Shown here: in pieces, positions 13,401 through 27,600 of the stretch
Layout: the number at the start of each line of letters is the position of its first letter
Position numbering within the stretch: the first letter of the stretch is position 1
NCBI GenBank assembly: GCA_905178155.1
Contig: CAJINV010000001.1
Coordinates: 6,047,860 to 6,111,859, forward strand
Reading direction: 5' to 3'
From: Amoebophrya sp. A120
Taxonomy: Eukaryota > Protista > Dinoflagellata
Length of the DNA: 64,000 nucleotides
The notes under the pieces: model-generated
Seen by the model: the letters and a program-made list of their open reading frames with translations, nothing else
Databases searched by the model: none
Told to the model about the DNA's origin: nothing
Made by a program: the position numbers and the translations under genes

Positions 13401-16400
13401 CATCCGGAACAACTTATATCCGGATCCAGACCTGCAAGAGTCACAGTCAACTGGGACAATCCACTACGACGAGTTGAAACAGCTCCCGCTTCCGGGGGGA
13501 AACCAGAATATATGCACCGAAACTCGAACTCCGCCTCCGCCGGGCGACCTAGACGAAGGTACGTCCCCCGTGGATGGCGGTTCCGGTTCCAGTCCGGATG
13601 GTTCCGTGGGCGCTGGAAGCCCTGGGGATCCGAGTGGGGCTGGCAACGGGGACGCGCAGCAGGGCGGGGGACAACATGGCGGGGACGCGCAGCAGGGCGG
13701 GGGACAACATGGCGGGGACGCGCAGCAGGGCGGGGGACAACATGGCGGGGACGCGCAGCAGGGCGGGGGACAACATGGCGGGGACGCGCAGCAGGGCGGG
13801 GGACAACATGGCGGGGCGGCTGGCCCGGAAACTGGCGGGCACAGTGGTGAAGAGAGCTCCGGCGGACAAAGTAACGGTGACGAAAGCGGCCCGGGCGGGC
13901 AGGGCGGCCAAGGCCCGGGCGGGAATGGCGAAGTTGATGGCACGGACGAGAGCGGGGACGGCCAAGTTGACGACGCGGCGCAGGAGGTGGGGAACACCGG
14001 GGAAAACCAAGGAGGCCCCGGGGCGAACAACGGAGGCCTTGGGGGGGACAACCCCGGTCCCGGAGGTGGACACAACCCCGGAGGTGGACAAGAAGGGGCT
14101 AACGCGGGCGACCCGTCGACGCACCAGCTGGACCCGGGTCCAGGCCACGGGGTCCCAGGAGGCACCACCATCGAGGGCGAGCAGGCGGGCGCGGAAGATC
14201 CCACACTCAGCGGGGGGGACGACGGAAACGAGGAACCTGGCGACGAGGAGGCCGGGGGCGGCTTGGGTACTCCGGCCTTGGCAGCTTGCTTGGCCAGCCT
14301 ACTGTTGGTTATGTTGGCGCTTGTTTGGTTACTGTGTTCGCCGTTGGGAGAGCGTCAGGAGGACGAAGCCAGTTCAATCGAGCGGGCAAGGCTCGCTGCA
14401 CGGTGGGAGTACAGCGAAGATACCGCGTCCGCGCCTCTAGGGGAGGTGGATGATATCCGAAATGCTTTGGTGTCTGCAGGGCTGAGTGCGCCGTACGCCA
14501 CAAAGCTTGCTAAAAAGGTAGTCGGAGGGGACCCGGACTCCAAAGCTGCACCAGCGCCGGATGCCATGGCTGATCGGCTTGCGATGTGGGATGCTGGCCT
14601 CGGATTCGGGACGGATGACAACATTACCCTGGGTCTGGTGCGGGGTATCCTCCGTAAAGGCTACGCGCAGCGCAAAAAGAAGGAAACAGAGGCGATGCTA
14701 CAGGACGCTGGTGCGACCCCTGCCTACGCTGCTGAGCTTGCAGGACTTACAGAAGGTCCAGACGCGGATGCCAAGGTTGTCAGGCCATCTAGAATAAAAG
14801 CCTCGGAACGTGATCGGCACGCCTTGCGGCAGTTGGTCCACGATTCCGATGTGGGCGAAAAAATGGAAGCTGGTTTCATCCAGGGGCTCGTGCTGCACAA
14901 AGGCTTGGCAAAACGCCTCCAGAAGAAAGAAGTCGAATCCACGCTGACTGCCGCGGGTATTAGCGCCCCCTACGCAGATAAGGTCGCCACTGCGGTGGCA
15001 GGGCCGGGCCCGAGCTTCGAAGTGATGCAACCCCCCACCAAGGACAAGGACGTGCGTGCTTTGGAGCAGCTCCTTGGTCGTGCTGACTTCGATATACCAC
15101 GTGTGGAAGGCGGAATCGAGCTGGGCGCTTTACGCGAGCTGCTTCACAAACGCTTGGCAAAGCGCAAGAAAGAAATTGAGGCAACGCTGACCGCCGCCGG
15201 TGTCAGTGCGGGCTACGCTTCCGAACTTGCGCAGATGGTCGCAGGGACGACTCCGTGTTCCCAAATTGTAAAGCCGCCCAAAAAAGACCAAGATCTGCAA
15301 GCATTGAGGGACCTTGCCCTAGATTTTGACCCAACGGCCGAGGAGATCATGGAGCTGGGTTTTGTGCGCGGGCTCGTGCGCAAGGGTTTGGCAAGGCGTC
15401 GCAAGGAAGCCGTCGAGACGACTCTAACAGCCGCGGGTTTGAGCGTTCCTTACGTGGCGGAACTGGCCGAGCAAGTAGTCGGCTTAGACCTGCTGCAAAG
15501 GAAGTACGCGAAGGCGCCTTCTTCTCCGCCGGATTTGCGTGCGATGCGGAAAGATTTTGGTATCGACTTCGAGAAACACGGCGACCGCATTGAAATCGCA
15601 GCCGTGCGCGAGGCCATACGCAAAGCCAGGACCAAACGAGGGGAGAAGGACCCGGCGGCACTGGAGCGAGAAGACATCCTCCTCTACAAACAAGACCTTG
15701 ACGCAGCCGAGACGGCGCTAATTGCCGCTGGGTTGACAGCCGCCGGCGCGCGCGATGTCGCAAAGCAGGTCGCGGGGCCGTTTTTAGATACCGAAGCGGC
15801 CGGCGACGGGCTGTCCTCTCTGGATAAGGAGGCTCTGTGCGATTTGGTGCACGATGGGCCGGTGCTCGTCGGTACCGTTCGACAGGGGCTTCGCGCTGGT
15901 GGTGTAGTGGCCAGAGGACCAAACTTACCGTCGTCGAGTAACACAAGCAGTGTGGGCCCCCCGCTCTCCACCTTCGAGCTATTTGATTTCGACACAGTCG
16001 AAGTTGCCTTCTCCGACGTGGGACTCTCGCCAGTCTACGGCAAGAAGGTGGCCAAGCAGACGACAGACGCGCGCGTGCGAGACACGGAAGCGCTGGCAAA
16101 GCCAGACCTGGAACCCGACCTGCAGATACTCAAACAGCTGGGTTTGGATTTCGGGGAGGCCGAATGCGTCGGGCACATGCGGGGGTTCCTCGCGGCGGTC
16201 GCCGAACACCACGGCCCGGAGAACAAAGGGGAGGTGGTGTCACTTGAGGAAATGGAGCGCCGCCTAGTGGCCGCCGGGCTGTCGAAGAAGGTAGCCGGCC
16301 TCGTGGCCGCCAAGTTGCACCGAAAAGCCACCGCGGGAAGCGCCCTCGAGCTCTCGCCGGAAGACATTCGGGAACTGGAGCTGCACGCCGAGGACATACT

Positions 16401-17487
16401 CGAGGTAGAGGCGCTCGTCAGAGGCGTTGCCGAGAAAGTTTCTGCCACGGCCGGCTTCGTGTACGGTGGCCGGGTCGCGAAAAAGGGGTCGAACGCGAAG
16501 AAAGGCCAGGCACCCATCAAAATCGACCTCGTCAAAGTCGCGAAGTCACCGGCGTCGCTCGCCGCCATTTGGAAGCGGGTGCGGAGGGCGCTCAGCGCGG
16601 TGCATACCCTCGGAGGGAAGCCTTCTGACGAATCCAGCACCAGCAGCAGCAGGCAACACGGTAGCAAGAAGATGCCGAGCGCGAAAACAAGCACAGGAAG
16701 CAGCAAGAGAAAGAAGCTCAGCTCCAAGACTCCGACTTCCCGAGCGCTGTCGGACCATTCTTCTCAGTCCCACGGGAACACCAGCAGTGTCCTCTCTTCG
16801 GTGTCCTCGCTTATTTCTGATTCTGGCTCGCGAGGAGGGGCAGCAAGCCTCTCGTCTGCATCTGCCAGCACAAGCCAACCAGGGTCTGTTCCAGGTAGGA
16901 GCAAAATAAAGCCGAAGCACGCCCCAGACAGGCAAAAGGGGGGAAATAAAGCAACGAGACCTTCCTCGACCGTGTCGAGCCGGGACGAGTCCTCCGATCA
17001 GAGCAGGCAGTCCTCTTTGCGGAGTCCACCTCGATCGTCCTCCAAGCGGACCAGTTCCCGTCTGCACACGGAACTGCAAGTCGAAGCGGAAGCAGCGCTC
17101 CAGGACGTGGGTTTTTCCAAAAAGCAGGCCGCCCGACTGTCCGTGAAGATTGCCGGCACCGACCTGGGGGACACGCTGGGGTCGGGGTTTCTGAACCTGA
17201 CCGAGGAGGAGAAGCGGATCGCGGACCAGGGCCTCGGGGGCGGTGCCAACATCTTCGATCTGAATGGCTTGGTCGACGAGCTGGTGGAACAGAAGGCCTC
17301 GTTTTTTGCGAGGACGCTCTCGCCAGAATCCCAAGAAAGCGCCGGCAAGGCACGGGAAAGCGGTCAGCCGGTGTCGTTCTTTCACTCGCGCGCTCACAAG
17401 AAAAGGAAAACGTCGCACCAGCATCACCACCACAGCAATCACCGAAAAGGACGAGAGACGGGCAAAAGTCGCAAAACAAAGCAATGA
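10449..17487 (+). CDS. Paralogue 3: alpha2delta-like vWA ectodomain, Gly/Gln-rich stalk, TM, 9 cytoplasmic helical repeats (exons approx. 10449-11926, 12348-17487)
   Basis: APWYVRTRTGGVRKNVVLSLDVSKSM; HTVQFSAFEFVHAT; WSAHEDVEGYHLNAC; TM LAACLASLLLVMLALVWLLC. Colinear with paralogue 2. Confidence 0.8.
11927..12342. mobile_element. Degenerate introner-type intron
   Basis: taggaagtggaaatttgctg...cagtaaatttccattgcata inverted ends. Element+5 nt removal joins ORF 10422 to ORF 12355 in frame. Confidence 0.7.
13648..13812 (+). repeat. Perfect 33-bp coding minisatellite x5 (GDAQQGGGQHG)
   Basis: ggggacgcgcagcagggcgggggacaacatggc repeated five times with no mismatch. Confidence 0.95.
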
Positions 17488-18687
17488 GGACGCACAGCGG
17501 GAGGTGGACGGAAACTGCTCTGGATCTTGCTGTCCTCCGCGCTTGCGCCGCGTCAGATGTACAAGCAACGTAGTACGTAGGTACTTGCTGCATTATCTTG
17601 TGCGGAACAGCGACTCGCGCGCCGACTGCTGTCTTATCAATCAGGCCGCCTGCGTTCTTATCAGGTAGCAAGAAAAACTTTTTCTAACGAGAAAGTTGTA
17701 TATTGGAACTGACGCTTACGCTTCGGCTCTCAAATAGAAAGGCAAAGGGAGGACCCATGTCCCAGTTCGCCCTGCTTCCATTGCATTTTTGATTTTGTTC
17801 CCACTGAACTTGAAGAATGAGATTCGTCCATGATCATGCCGACTAAAGAACAAACTGCTCTAGTATATACCGCCGTAGTATTCACTTCGTTGTCGTTCAC
17901 TGCGTATAGGTATACGTACACCAGTAACTTCTAAGCAACATTCATCGTGGCTCGTCCTCACAATCGTACAAAACGCCTCCTTGGAGGAGAAGCATGCATG
18001 AACACAAGGAACCGTACTAGCAGCACATCAAACTACGCAGAAGTGCTTCGTCGTTACTGCGAATGCGATGATGTGGTCCCCGGTCTTTTGAACTCAAATC
18101 AATCGTATCCAGTCTTTCGTCGTTCAAGTCGTTTAGTTTTGTTGAGAAATGCATATGCATGTTGTTGTTTCAGATTGTCGTGTTGGTTCATGCGTCTGAC
18201 TTCCGTGAGTTTTGCTTTTGGTCTGTTTCGTAAGTAAACTGTCACTGTCTACTGCTTCGGACGGTGATCAAGTTGCGCAAGGTCTGTCTCCTCCTCTTCA
18301 TACTCTCAAAAACATTATTTCCAGGAGCCAGAACAAAGGAGTATTCTCGTATCCCTAGCTTACTCTGATGCAACTTAGGTAAGCGTTCCCAATCCCAGCA
18401 CTATATTCCTATGCTTCCCGCTCAAAAAAAGGGAGTCTAAAGCGGTAGTGATAAGCGATAGTCGTAACTTTTACTTTTTTGTCGAAGTCGTCGAGTAGGT
18501 ACAACCATGGACAAACAGACGACGCCGAGCACTTCCGAATCTTTTTCCTGACTGCCATACTTACAAACAGAACATGCAGATACACGGCGACAAACCAAAA
18601 CCGATGACGATAAAGATGCATTGGAAGGGTTATTCTTGCTCTGCAGCAGGGACGCCCACGCCAACGAGCAACGCCAAAATGACCACG

Positions 18688-21600
18688 ATGAAGACAGGAA
18701 AAAAAATAATTCTCCCCGCCCTTCTGGCATTCGGCCCGCTCGTGCAGTTTCTGCTTCTGCAGCAACAGAAGCAAGTCGCCGCGTTCACTTTGAAGGATCT
18801 GCTGTCCAGGCGAGCCAAAGGGCGGCGCGGAGCTGGGAAGAGCGAAGCAACACCAAGCTCTGTGATATCTCGAGGGCCGATCAGCTTGAGGCAGTCACAG
18901 TCCACGTCCAGAACGAGTCGCAGAAGTAAGACGACGGGGGTGGCAGCCAGGGCAAGCGGAATTAGAAGAAGTGCAAGAGCGCGGCTTGAGCCTGACGGGG
19001 AGGACCGCGATCGGGCACGTATGATCTCTTTGAGTACCGAGATCAAGGACCACTCGCACAGACAAGAAGGAGAACAGGAAGTAGAGCTGGAGCAAGGACA
19101 ACTGACAGAAGTCGAAGAGGCGGAGGTCGGTGCACTTGAAGTATTATCGTCACACCTTGATGAAGACCAGGGGCACGCGCACGAGACGCCTACTTCTGGG
19201 TCTTCTTCCTTTAGTGCCCTTATCGCAGGCCGCAATCGCAAGCATGCCGAGGATCATGCGGTGAAGCGTAGAAGCTCGCAGCCGCAACAACCGGACGAGC
19301 AACCACGTGTGGAGGAGGATAGTGTCGATGATGCTGCAGCGGAGAATCTGCGTGTAACGGGGATCGATTACGAGCAGCAGGCACTGGAGCTACAAGTTCC
19401 GAGCACGTTTACTGAGGAGAGCGAGCGGACGCAGGAGGGCCTCTTGCAGCGAAAAGTGGAGAAAATCGGGCTGAAGAATAGTGAAGCTCACTATCTTGCA
19501 TCAAGGCAGCAACATCAGCACGAGGAAACACGTGGTCGCGCGTCTGCGGTGAGTAGCGATGCCACCGCAGCGGACATCTTGGCACACGTGGAGGAGAATG
19601 TGCGTGACTTGCGAAACCAGATCATAACCGATGTTGCCGTTCAGTGCAGCAGTGATCCGGGGGACAAATACATGACTAACGAGATGGACTTGAACTCGAA
19701 ATTGAAGGACCTGGATTCGTCCGGTTGCACTAATTCCGTCGGCTGTTTTCCGTTTAAGGGCGTATATGTCAACTACGAAAAGGTTGGGGTTCAAAATCAA
19801 GCTCAAACGGTGGCGCAATCGCAACGAAAAAACTCTTGTCTGCAACGGGGAATCGCGGATATCTTCCTGCGCGAGTCCAACACAGGAAACTCATTGCGAA
19901 GCCGTATCACGAACAGTAACGAAAACGAGGACAATGCCGACTTGGGTTTCGCTTCCGTGGTGTTGGAGCCTCCGCGCTATCGAATGCAAATAGTATGTTC
20001 GTCAATGAATGAAAGATTGAAAATGCAGCTGCAAGGACATACACATACTTATCAGATCTGGACTAGGACTTCGAAGTTGTATTAACGCAAAATTGTACTG
20101 CGATTTCATTTCATTATCTTGAGTCGGCTTTCGTAGAAAGATTGTGAATAGTGCGCCTCTGCATGACCCAGTCTCGACAACGATTCCTGACCCTGACCAA
20201 ACGGGCCAACATTTTCTTTTCCACTTGACATTGTCCACTGGAAAAGAAAATGTTGGCCCCTTCAGGAAGGAAGATTTTTTGTCAAGTTGACAAAAAATCT
20301 TCCTGTTCTCAGTAAGGAAAGCGTTACCTGGACTCCCCCTCTAGGTGGCTCAACAGGATGAATAGCATTCAACGCGCGCCCCAGGAGCGCGCGTCTTTGG
20401 AGGGCGCCTTACATTATTACTGCGTTGCGTACAACTTTTACTTTACTGAAATAAAGAAAAAATTGAAACAAAGGATGAAAGGAACGTGCCTCCGAGGGCG
20501 ACACGAGTAAGTACTCGAGATTGCATCGGGTGTCGGAGCATGAAGAAGAAGAATTAATATGATGAACTTATATATACACTAGTTTGCTTTTTCTTTTTCG
20601 CTACTCAGACGATCGATATATTATTTGCTGAGGATACCCGACTGACGAGGACCAAAGTAACCACGAAGAGCGAGCAGGCAGTGGTCCGGTGGCCCTTAAG
20701 CAGTTACGTGCCGGGCGATATGACGAAAACAAGTTGGCACCAGCGCGCCCTGACGCGAGGGATTACAAAAAATGTCCTCCTCGTGCTGGACCGTTCGTAT
20801 TCGATGCATGGAAATGGATCGTGGGAGCCGGCGAAGACCGCTGCTAAACGAGTACTCCAGTCCCTCGAGGACACGGACCGATTTTTCTTGATGACCTTTC
20901 AGCACCCCGTGCAGTTTTCCGCCTTCGAGTTTGTTCACGCAACCGAGGACCATATCAAGGCTGCGGAAGAGTGGCTGGACAGTATTCTGACGCCGAATGG
21001 AGGAGCCCCTGATAGTGGTACTGACGTGCGTCCCGACGCGGAGTTCGGCATCGGAGCTGCAATCGTGGTTGGAACTCTCGGCTTCGTTCCACACGCGTGG
21101 CGTCAACAAATTCTCGGGAGCACGGGCGGGAACGCAAAACAATATCGCATTCAGGTCAACGATGACTATCCTCCTCACCGCATTGATCTTCCGGGGATGC
21201 CTGTGAATGCAAACGAAGCTCGCGGTGCATGCTGGCCTTCCACCCCGACCGAAAATTGCGAGCGGACGTTTGTTTTCGTGATGACGATATGCGATGAAAA
21301 AGTGCTTCTCCAGCTGACCCTGGAAGGTCACCGCTAAAGAACGCAAGTAAGTCGTTCTTTGTGTCGCAATGTGTCATGAAGTAGTTTGATCGTCCATCCT
21401 TGAGTGCAAAATTGATTGAGAATGAGAGGGTAGGGTCACGCGCAGGAATATCACGCCGCCATGGCCTACCGGCGTTTTTGCGACTGCCGGAGCAACTGTG
21501 AAACCCTTTCGGCTGATATGCAAACGACAAGGACTTTTTTATGGATGAAGTGTAAAATTGCAATATGTTGACTCATAGAAGCGTCATACATAAAAATCAA

Positions 21601-24600
21601 AAAACTCTGACTGTCTGGGCCTAGCGGCTTCTTAGTACCAGGGAGGCGTGACAACCAGTCGTATTGTTTTTTGACTTTCCACTCCAAAGTTTTTCTGTAA
21701 ATGTAATATGAAGAGGCTTGATCTACTTTTCGCCTTGTCTTTATTGCGACAGCGACACAGAGATCGACACTGATGAAGCGGAAGGGCCGCCGCTCTTTCG
21801 CGGTGACCTATTTTCATCGCGATAATCGGACGAAGACTTTTCTCGGAGCCAGTTTGAAAGTGACTATTCAAAATGGCTATCTGAGTCCCTGCTCAACGTC
21901 CAAAATTTTTCCGTTGCGAATTTGGCGAAGTTGCGTCTGGACATCTACCAACTTGATTCGAATGTTGGAAGCGGAGATCTCACAGATTCTGCCTACACTA
22001 CGATTGCGGATAAATTCAATGGCATCGCAGAAAGGGTGCCAAGAAATGGGGTATTCAGTGCCAATGTGTCGTTGTCATCGCTGTAAGCTTTCATTCTGAT
22101 TCATTTTTATTTGCTAGAAGCACCTATGATTGAAGAACAAGAATCTCAATCTTCACTGGTTGTGAAGATCAAGATTCTTCACAGTCATAAAGAAAGAATG
22201 AGTGCTGCCGGCCGCGGAAAGGATACCTTCGGGGAATATTTAGTATTCATGTGGGTTGCCCTAAGTAACTTTTCGTTTTCGGACATAGTGACTGACTGCA
22301 AAGAGAAAGCACCAGCGGGCTTTGTAACTTGCGTACGAGATGTGTGCGTACAGGTACAGTATTTTACCTAGTCATGATCATCAGTGTGATTATCTTTCTA
22401 GCTATTTGTGGTCTTTTTCCGAAACACGAAACGCGTCAGCATTCCAATGCAATTATTCTTCGGTCGTGGTGCTCCCAGCGCAATCGATGACACACTTGCA
22501 CTGGATAGCGCGAAGCCTTGGGCCGCCGTATGGTCAAAGTTTGGAGAGACCTTATCAAGGCCAGCGATAGTGACCAGGTGGTATGGTCGTCCCATGATCC
22601 GCCTCATCAGAGCGAGTACAACTATGAGCTTGTAGCGTGCACGACGCTGACGCTCTGGGATGACACTGCCGACATGCTGCACGGCTCCGTTTGTGTTGAT
22701 ATCCGCGCGGCGCTCGATGTCAACCTCGACCGCCTGAACTGTTACACAAACCATTTTCGTGATTCAGTAACTGGAAAAATCATGCGCGCTCCATGCAATG
22801 GGAATGCCGGACAAGAGGCTACCGTGCGTGCAGAGACCTGTCAACAGCTTTCTGCTAAGCTGTCTGACGCGCAGTGGTTCCAGGTCAAGGTGACGGACAT
22901 TTTGCAGGGAGGAGAAAACGAACTAGCGTGGGAAACGAACTACTTCTTTCCCGAGGACGCTGCACTTATTTCGGAGTTGGAAGTGACGCGCCGTCTCGGT
23001 GAAGTCGGAAACGTAGGTGAATTCTGGGGCTCTTCGCTTCTATCGGCACTTCAGTACGCGGTGCTGGTCATTCCCTGTGAAGGCGATCCTGACCGCATGT
23101 GTGAGAAATGGGATTTCCCCGATCATTTGATACAGGATTCAGATGGCCGGTGGGTGCGACAATTTCGTACCACGATTCTCTGGGGGAACGAGTTTGACTG
23201 CGCCAAATTGATTCACCCATGGACGCCACGACCTCAGGGTAATGTCGATGTTGTGCCAGCAGTACCGATGTATTTCTACAAACGTGGAAAGCAATGGCCC
23301 AAAATACATCCCGCCCCGGATGCCAATACCCTGTCCATTCCTGACAAGGCGACGGTAGTGACTCCGATTCCTGGTAAGGGTAATCAAGCTCACCAATATT
23401 ATTGGGTTGACCCGAATGATCACAGCGGAACACATACTTTGACCGGTCGATCTGAAGACGATGAGCCTGATGGATTGGATTACGGAATGTGCACGGTGCT
23501 CCAGGCGAGTGCGGGCGCGGGAGGCGAGTACTGGGGCCTGCGGACCTCCATGTATCCGACTGAAAAACTACAACACACTACTACACGGAAATCCTAGAGC
23601 CACCGCGGAGCATATGCATCTGCGAATGCATGTTTTTCAACATCTCCATCAATCCCCTTGTGCTTTGTTTGAGCCGGACTAGACTCAAGTGTCTTTTTGT
23701 TGCTCATCCCGATCACGAATACCAAAGTAAGCGGCCAGGCGTAGAGAGAGAGATCCGAATGTATAATTGCATCAAGTATAGAAATCAATCGCATAATGAA
23801 CTTGAAATAAAGTAATGCGCTGTGATCATTTTGCACATTTATTTTGTACATTGCATCATGCTATCTCACTCTAAATAAGATAGCCTGCTTGCACAGACGT
23901 ACTCTGTGTTTGGAGGTGCTGATTGCACTACAATGTGAGGGTGTCCCCATGAAGATAGAGATGCTAGGCAAGTATTGCAGCAGTACGCGCTCCGGGTGGC
24001 AATTTCCCAGTGATACCAAGCGCCGTGGTGGAACACTACGTTAGTCCGGTGCTACCCCCCGTAAGCGTATGCCCTGTAAGCTGTAAGTGCTACAATGGCG
24101 AGGTTGACGCTGATGAGCAAGAGCAAACCTGCACGGTTATCCCTCAAAGGATGGGCATGTCTGCGTCTAGCTCTTGCGTAGACGTCGTTACGTATAGATT
24201 TTCTATGATGATGCGATAGTAGTGGAAGTTGTCCTGGCCTCCTCCGTGTTACATGGAAATAAGTCCTTGCCGCCGGCTTGTTCCGCGAACAAGGTGCAGT
24301 TGTCTCGTAGGCATGATAGGTTTCTTTGAGAGTGTGAATGCGATATTCTCTATATTCGCTGTGGTTTTTATAGTTTTACGTTTGTTTTGCGTATAAATGT
24401 AAATCTAAAACCGCGTCGTCCACTACTGCTTAGAGGAGAGGCAGACATGTACGTGTTTACTATCGATGGCTTGTGATGGGAAGCAAAATTGCTTGGCAGC
24501 GGGGTGCTTTGACGGTTACAAGCACAGGATCGACTGGCCGACGTCTGGCGAACGCGTTTGTTTTCCCGCTTGTGATGCGGGTGAAGAATCTGTGTCTTGC

Positions 24601-27600
24601 CCAGTTTCCACCGGTGATGCTGATCCGTACTACGTACGCGACGAAAACACGCGGAACGGCTACTGTACGCAGGTCACGGATCCTCTAAAAGCGCTGGCCG
24701 TAGGCGCAATGACGAATGCCGACAGTGACGCATACAAGAAATGTCAAGACAGCTGCTGCATACAGGTCTGCAAGAAGCCGCTCGACGCCACGCTCCAGTA
24801 CTATGACATTCCTTTTCCAAAAGTGTTCCACTTTTTTTAGGGCAGACCTTCTCTGCTTTGCTAGTCCAATGCGAATATTGCGCCCAACAAGTAGATTAGC
24901 TGGCACAGCGTGCGTTTCTCTCCTGTATGGTCTTCGCACAACGTCCACTGTAATTGTGTTGTGCCTTATGCGTTTCCGTGTCCTTCTGCATTAGGAATGG
25001 GTATAATTGTTGATGTCGTTTACGTTTTCGCTGTCCACTCTCAGGACAAAAGTTGGCAGTTGCAGCTTTGGTTCTATAGAGGACTAGTGTGCGGCGCTGC
25101 AATATAGGTGACGAGTGTGTTGAAGACGTAGGTACATTAGGGCGGCGGCACTGACAAGGTTTCTTATTTACAACTACAACAGGATGCTTCAGTTTTCCCG
25201 CGACTTGACAAACAATTTACCCGACTGGGAGACATTTCTGAAGCGCCCCGAAATGAGACCAGGCGCCGCTACTGGCGATTCGCCTTTATGCGACAAGATG
25301 CATTGCCCGTTACCGTACTCCTTCAGATATCCCGGCTTGTTTTATTCGTTTTTGTGCAGCACAGACGCGGAGCACAAACAGCGCAGTGTCTGTTCGATTT
25401 TACACGGATAACGTGAGTTTGGATACGGCCATGCGTTGGCTTAGCCTGTACGTGACTCTTCAATATCAAGTGCATATACGGTTACGGTCTTACATTGGAA
25501 AAATCCGAAACAAATTTATAAACTTATGTTCACCGTAACGGTTTGCAATAGGGCTAATGGATATTTGAGTATGGTAGAGGGAATCTTGTTGTCGCGTTGA
25601 TATGTATTCGTTTTTCCGGACGGGGGTGTGGCGTGTAACTCGAACTACAATACGGCCGAAACGCCTGGGTTTTATTGCCCCCTAGCTGGAGTGCCTGCGG
25701 TCTTGGTAGGATGCGGGAAGGAGTGCGTATGCAATAATGGAGAGGACGCGGACGCGAGCACCTGCGAGGGTATCCACTGCATGTGACGTATTTGGGACCG
25801 GGATAAACCTAAACGGGCATGCTGTGTTGCACTTATAGTTACTCTGTATGATCTTGGTCTTTCATAGTACTCGTTCGCGTATAATAAACGCCCTCCCGTT
25901 TTTTGGGACGTGTACTCAGTATTTTTTTCTACGCGGATGAATGTTTGATATATGATTTTGGCTCTGTAATTTGGATTTGCAACGTGCAACAAAGTCGCGC
26001 GTCTCGTCTGCTTTTGCAAGCGCTTCTGCTTATCTGTGCGTGCTGTGACTCAGATCAGATCCCTTGCCACAGTCACAAGTTGACTTGTTTTCTGGGGTGA
26101 TCTTCAGACAATCGAGCTGCACTAGTTTTTTCCAAAAACTTTATCCCTGACCCAGCAACGAGTTTCCCGTTCCATAGCTGGACACGGCAAGCAAAACTGC
26201 AAGGAGAACGGTTGCTACGCGGGCTACAAGTACAAGGACAATTGGCCGACTCAAGGTCAACGGGGCTGTTTCCCGTCCTGTGTAGATGATGCCGGAAGCG
26301 AGTTTTCTTGTCAGTCGAGTGCCTCCTCCGCGGCAGATCCGCATTACATCTGGGCCGGAGAATCAAGCTATTGTGCTGACATCCCAAGCCAGTCTCCATT
26401 AACGCTCGCGCTAGCGGCGAATGGCATGGCATCAGAAATCAGCGAGACGTATCAGAAATGTCGGGACAGCTGCTGCATACAGGGCTGCAAGGCTCCGTCA
26501 AGCTCGAGCGAGACGATGAAGTACTACTCATTCTTAACGTTCTCGTCGTATGTGATTTTCGGAACTTCTTTCTTTGGCCCACGATATCGCTAAGCTCCTC
26601 CACAGTGGGACGGAATAAATGGTCTATGTATATGTCATGGTGGATATGGTGTGAGAACTGTGTTCGTGACACCAGAAGATATCTATGTATGTACACAAGA
26701 AATGCCGATGTACTAAAAAAGTCTTGTGCGAATATTAGTACGATGACGATCCGATAGCTTCTCCTCTGAGTTGGCTACTGGACTGGGAGGACCGCAGTGA
26801 ATAGAGCATCGATTATCGTGGAGCCCTTGGTCTAAGTTTAAGTAGGAGAATATGAAAGTCATGCCAAAGCAGGCAAAGCAAGAAAGAAAATGAAAAACAT
26901 AAGTAATTGACAACTGCTTACAGGAAAATCGACGTGCCAGAAACCTTCGCATGGGAGCCGTACCTCATTCGCGACGAGATGAAGCCGACGGGGAGCACTG
27001 ATGGTGCCTTATCGCATTGACAACATGGGCGTTCTCCTTTGTCGAATAACCAACTCTGCGTGTGCATGCAGTACGACTGGCAGCCGTTCTATACACCGAT
27101 TGTGACTCCGTGCCTGTCATGAAGATAGACATAAAGAAACAAGAATGCATGATGAAATAACTTTTGTTCAGCTGTGGCAAAATCTGGTAACCAAGAAATG
27201 AATGCATGCGCGCGCGCGCAGAGTCCCACGCCGGCCCACGAAGGTATTGGACTTTTGAAGGAGGTGGACACATGTTGTCAAATGGATACGCGATGACATT
27301 GGTTGGTATAACTTGCAAGCCTGAATACGATCAAGTTTCGCAGCCGAAGTTTTACTGCCCCGGGGGCGGACAAGAGGTGAGCTTGGTAGGCTGCGACCAG
27401 AGCTGCGAGTGCAACAACGGACAACTTGACCGAGCGCCGAACACGTGCACGGGTATCCACAGATATTTAAAAAAGTGCCTGTGTCTGGAAAATGAGTGCC
27501 GCGATTGGTATGTCATCTCGTCATGTGCGATCTACTGTCTGTTTCATGAATATGATTTTGTTTTCGCTCTAGTCTACTGCTACTATCAATGAACAAGAAC

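Noticed and set aside
13648-13812. CRISPR array
   Set aside because: Head-to-tail identical coding repeats with no spacers and no cas genes, in a eukaryotic context.
16035-17671. Long minus-strand ORFs (also 39528-40670, 58558-59442)
   Set aside because: Antisense shadows of GC-rich + strand genes with no recognisable motifs.
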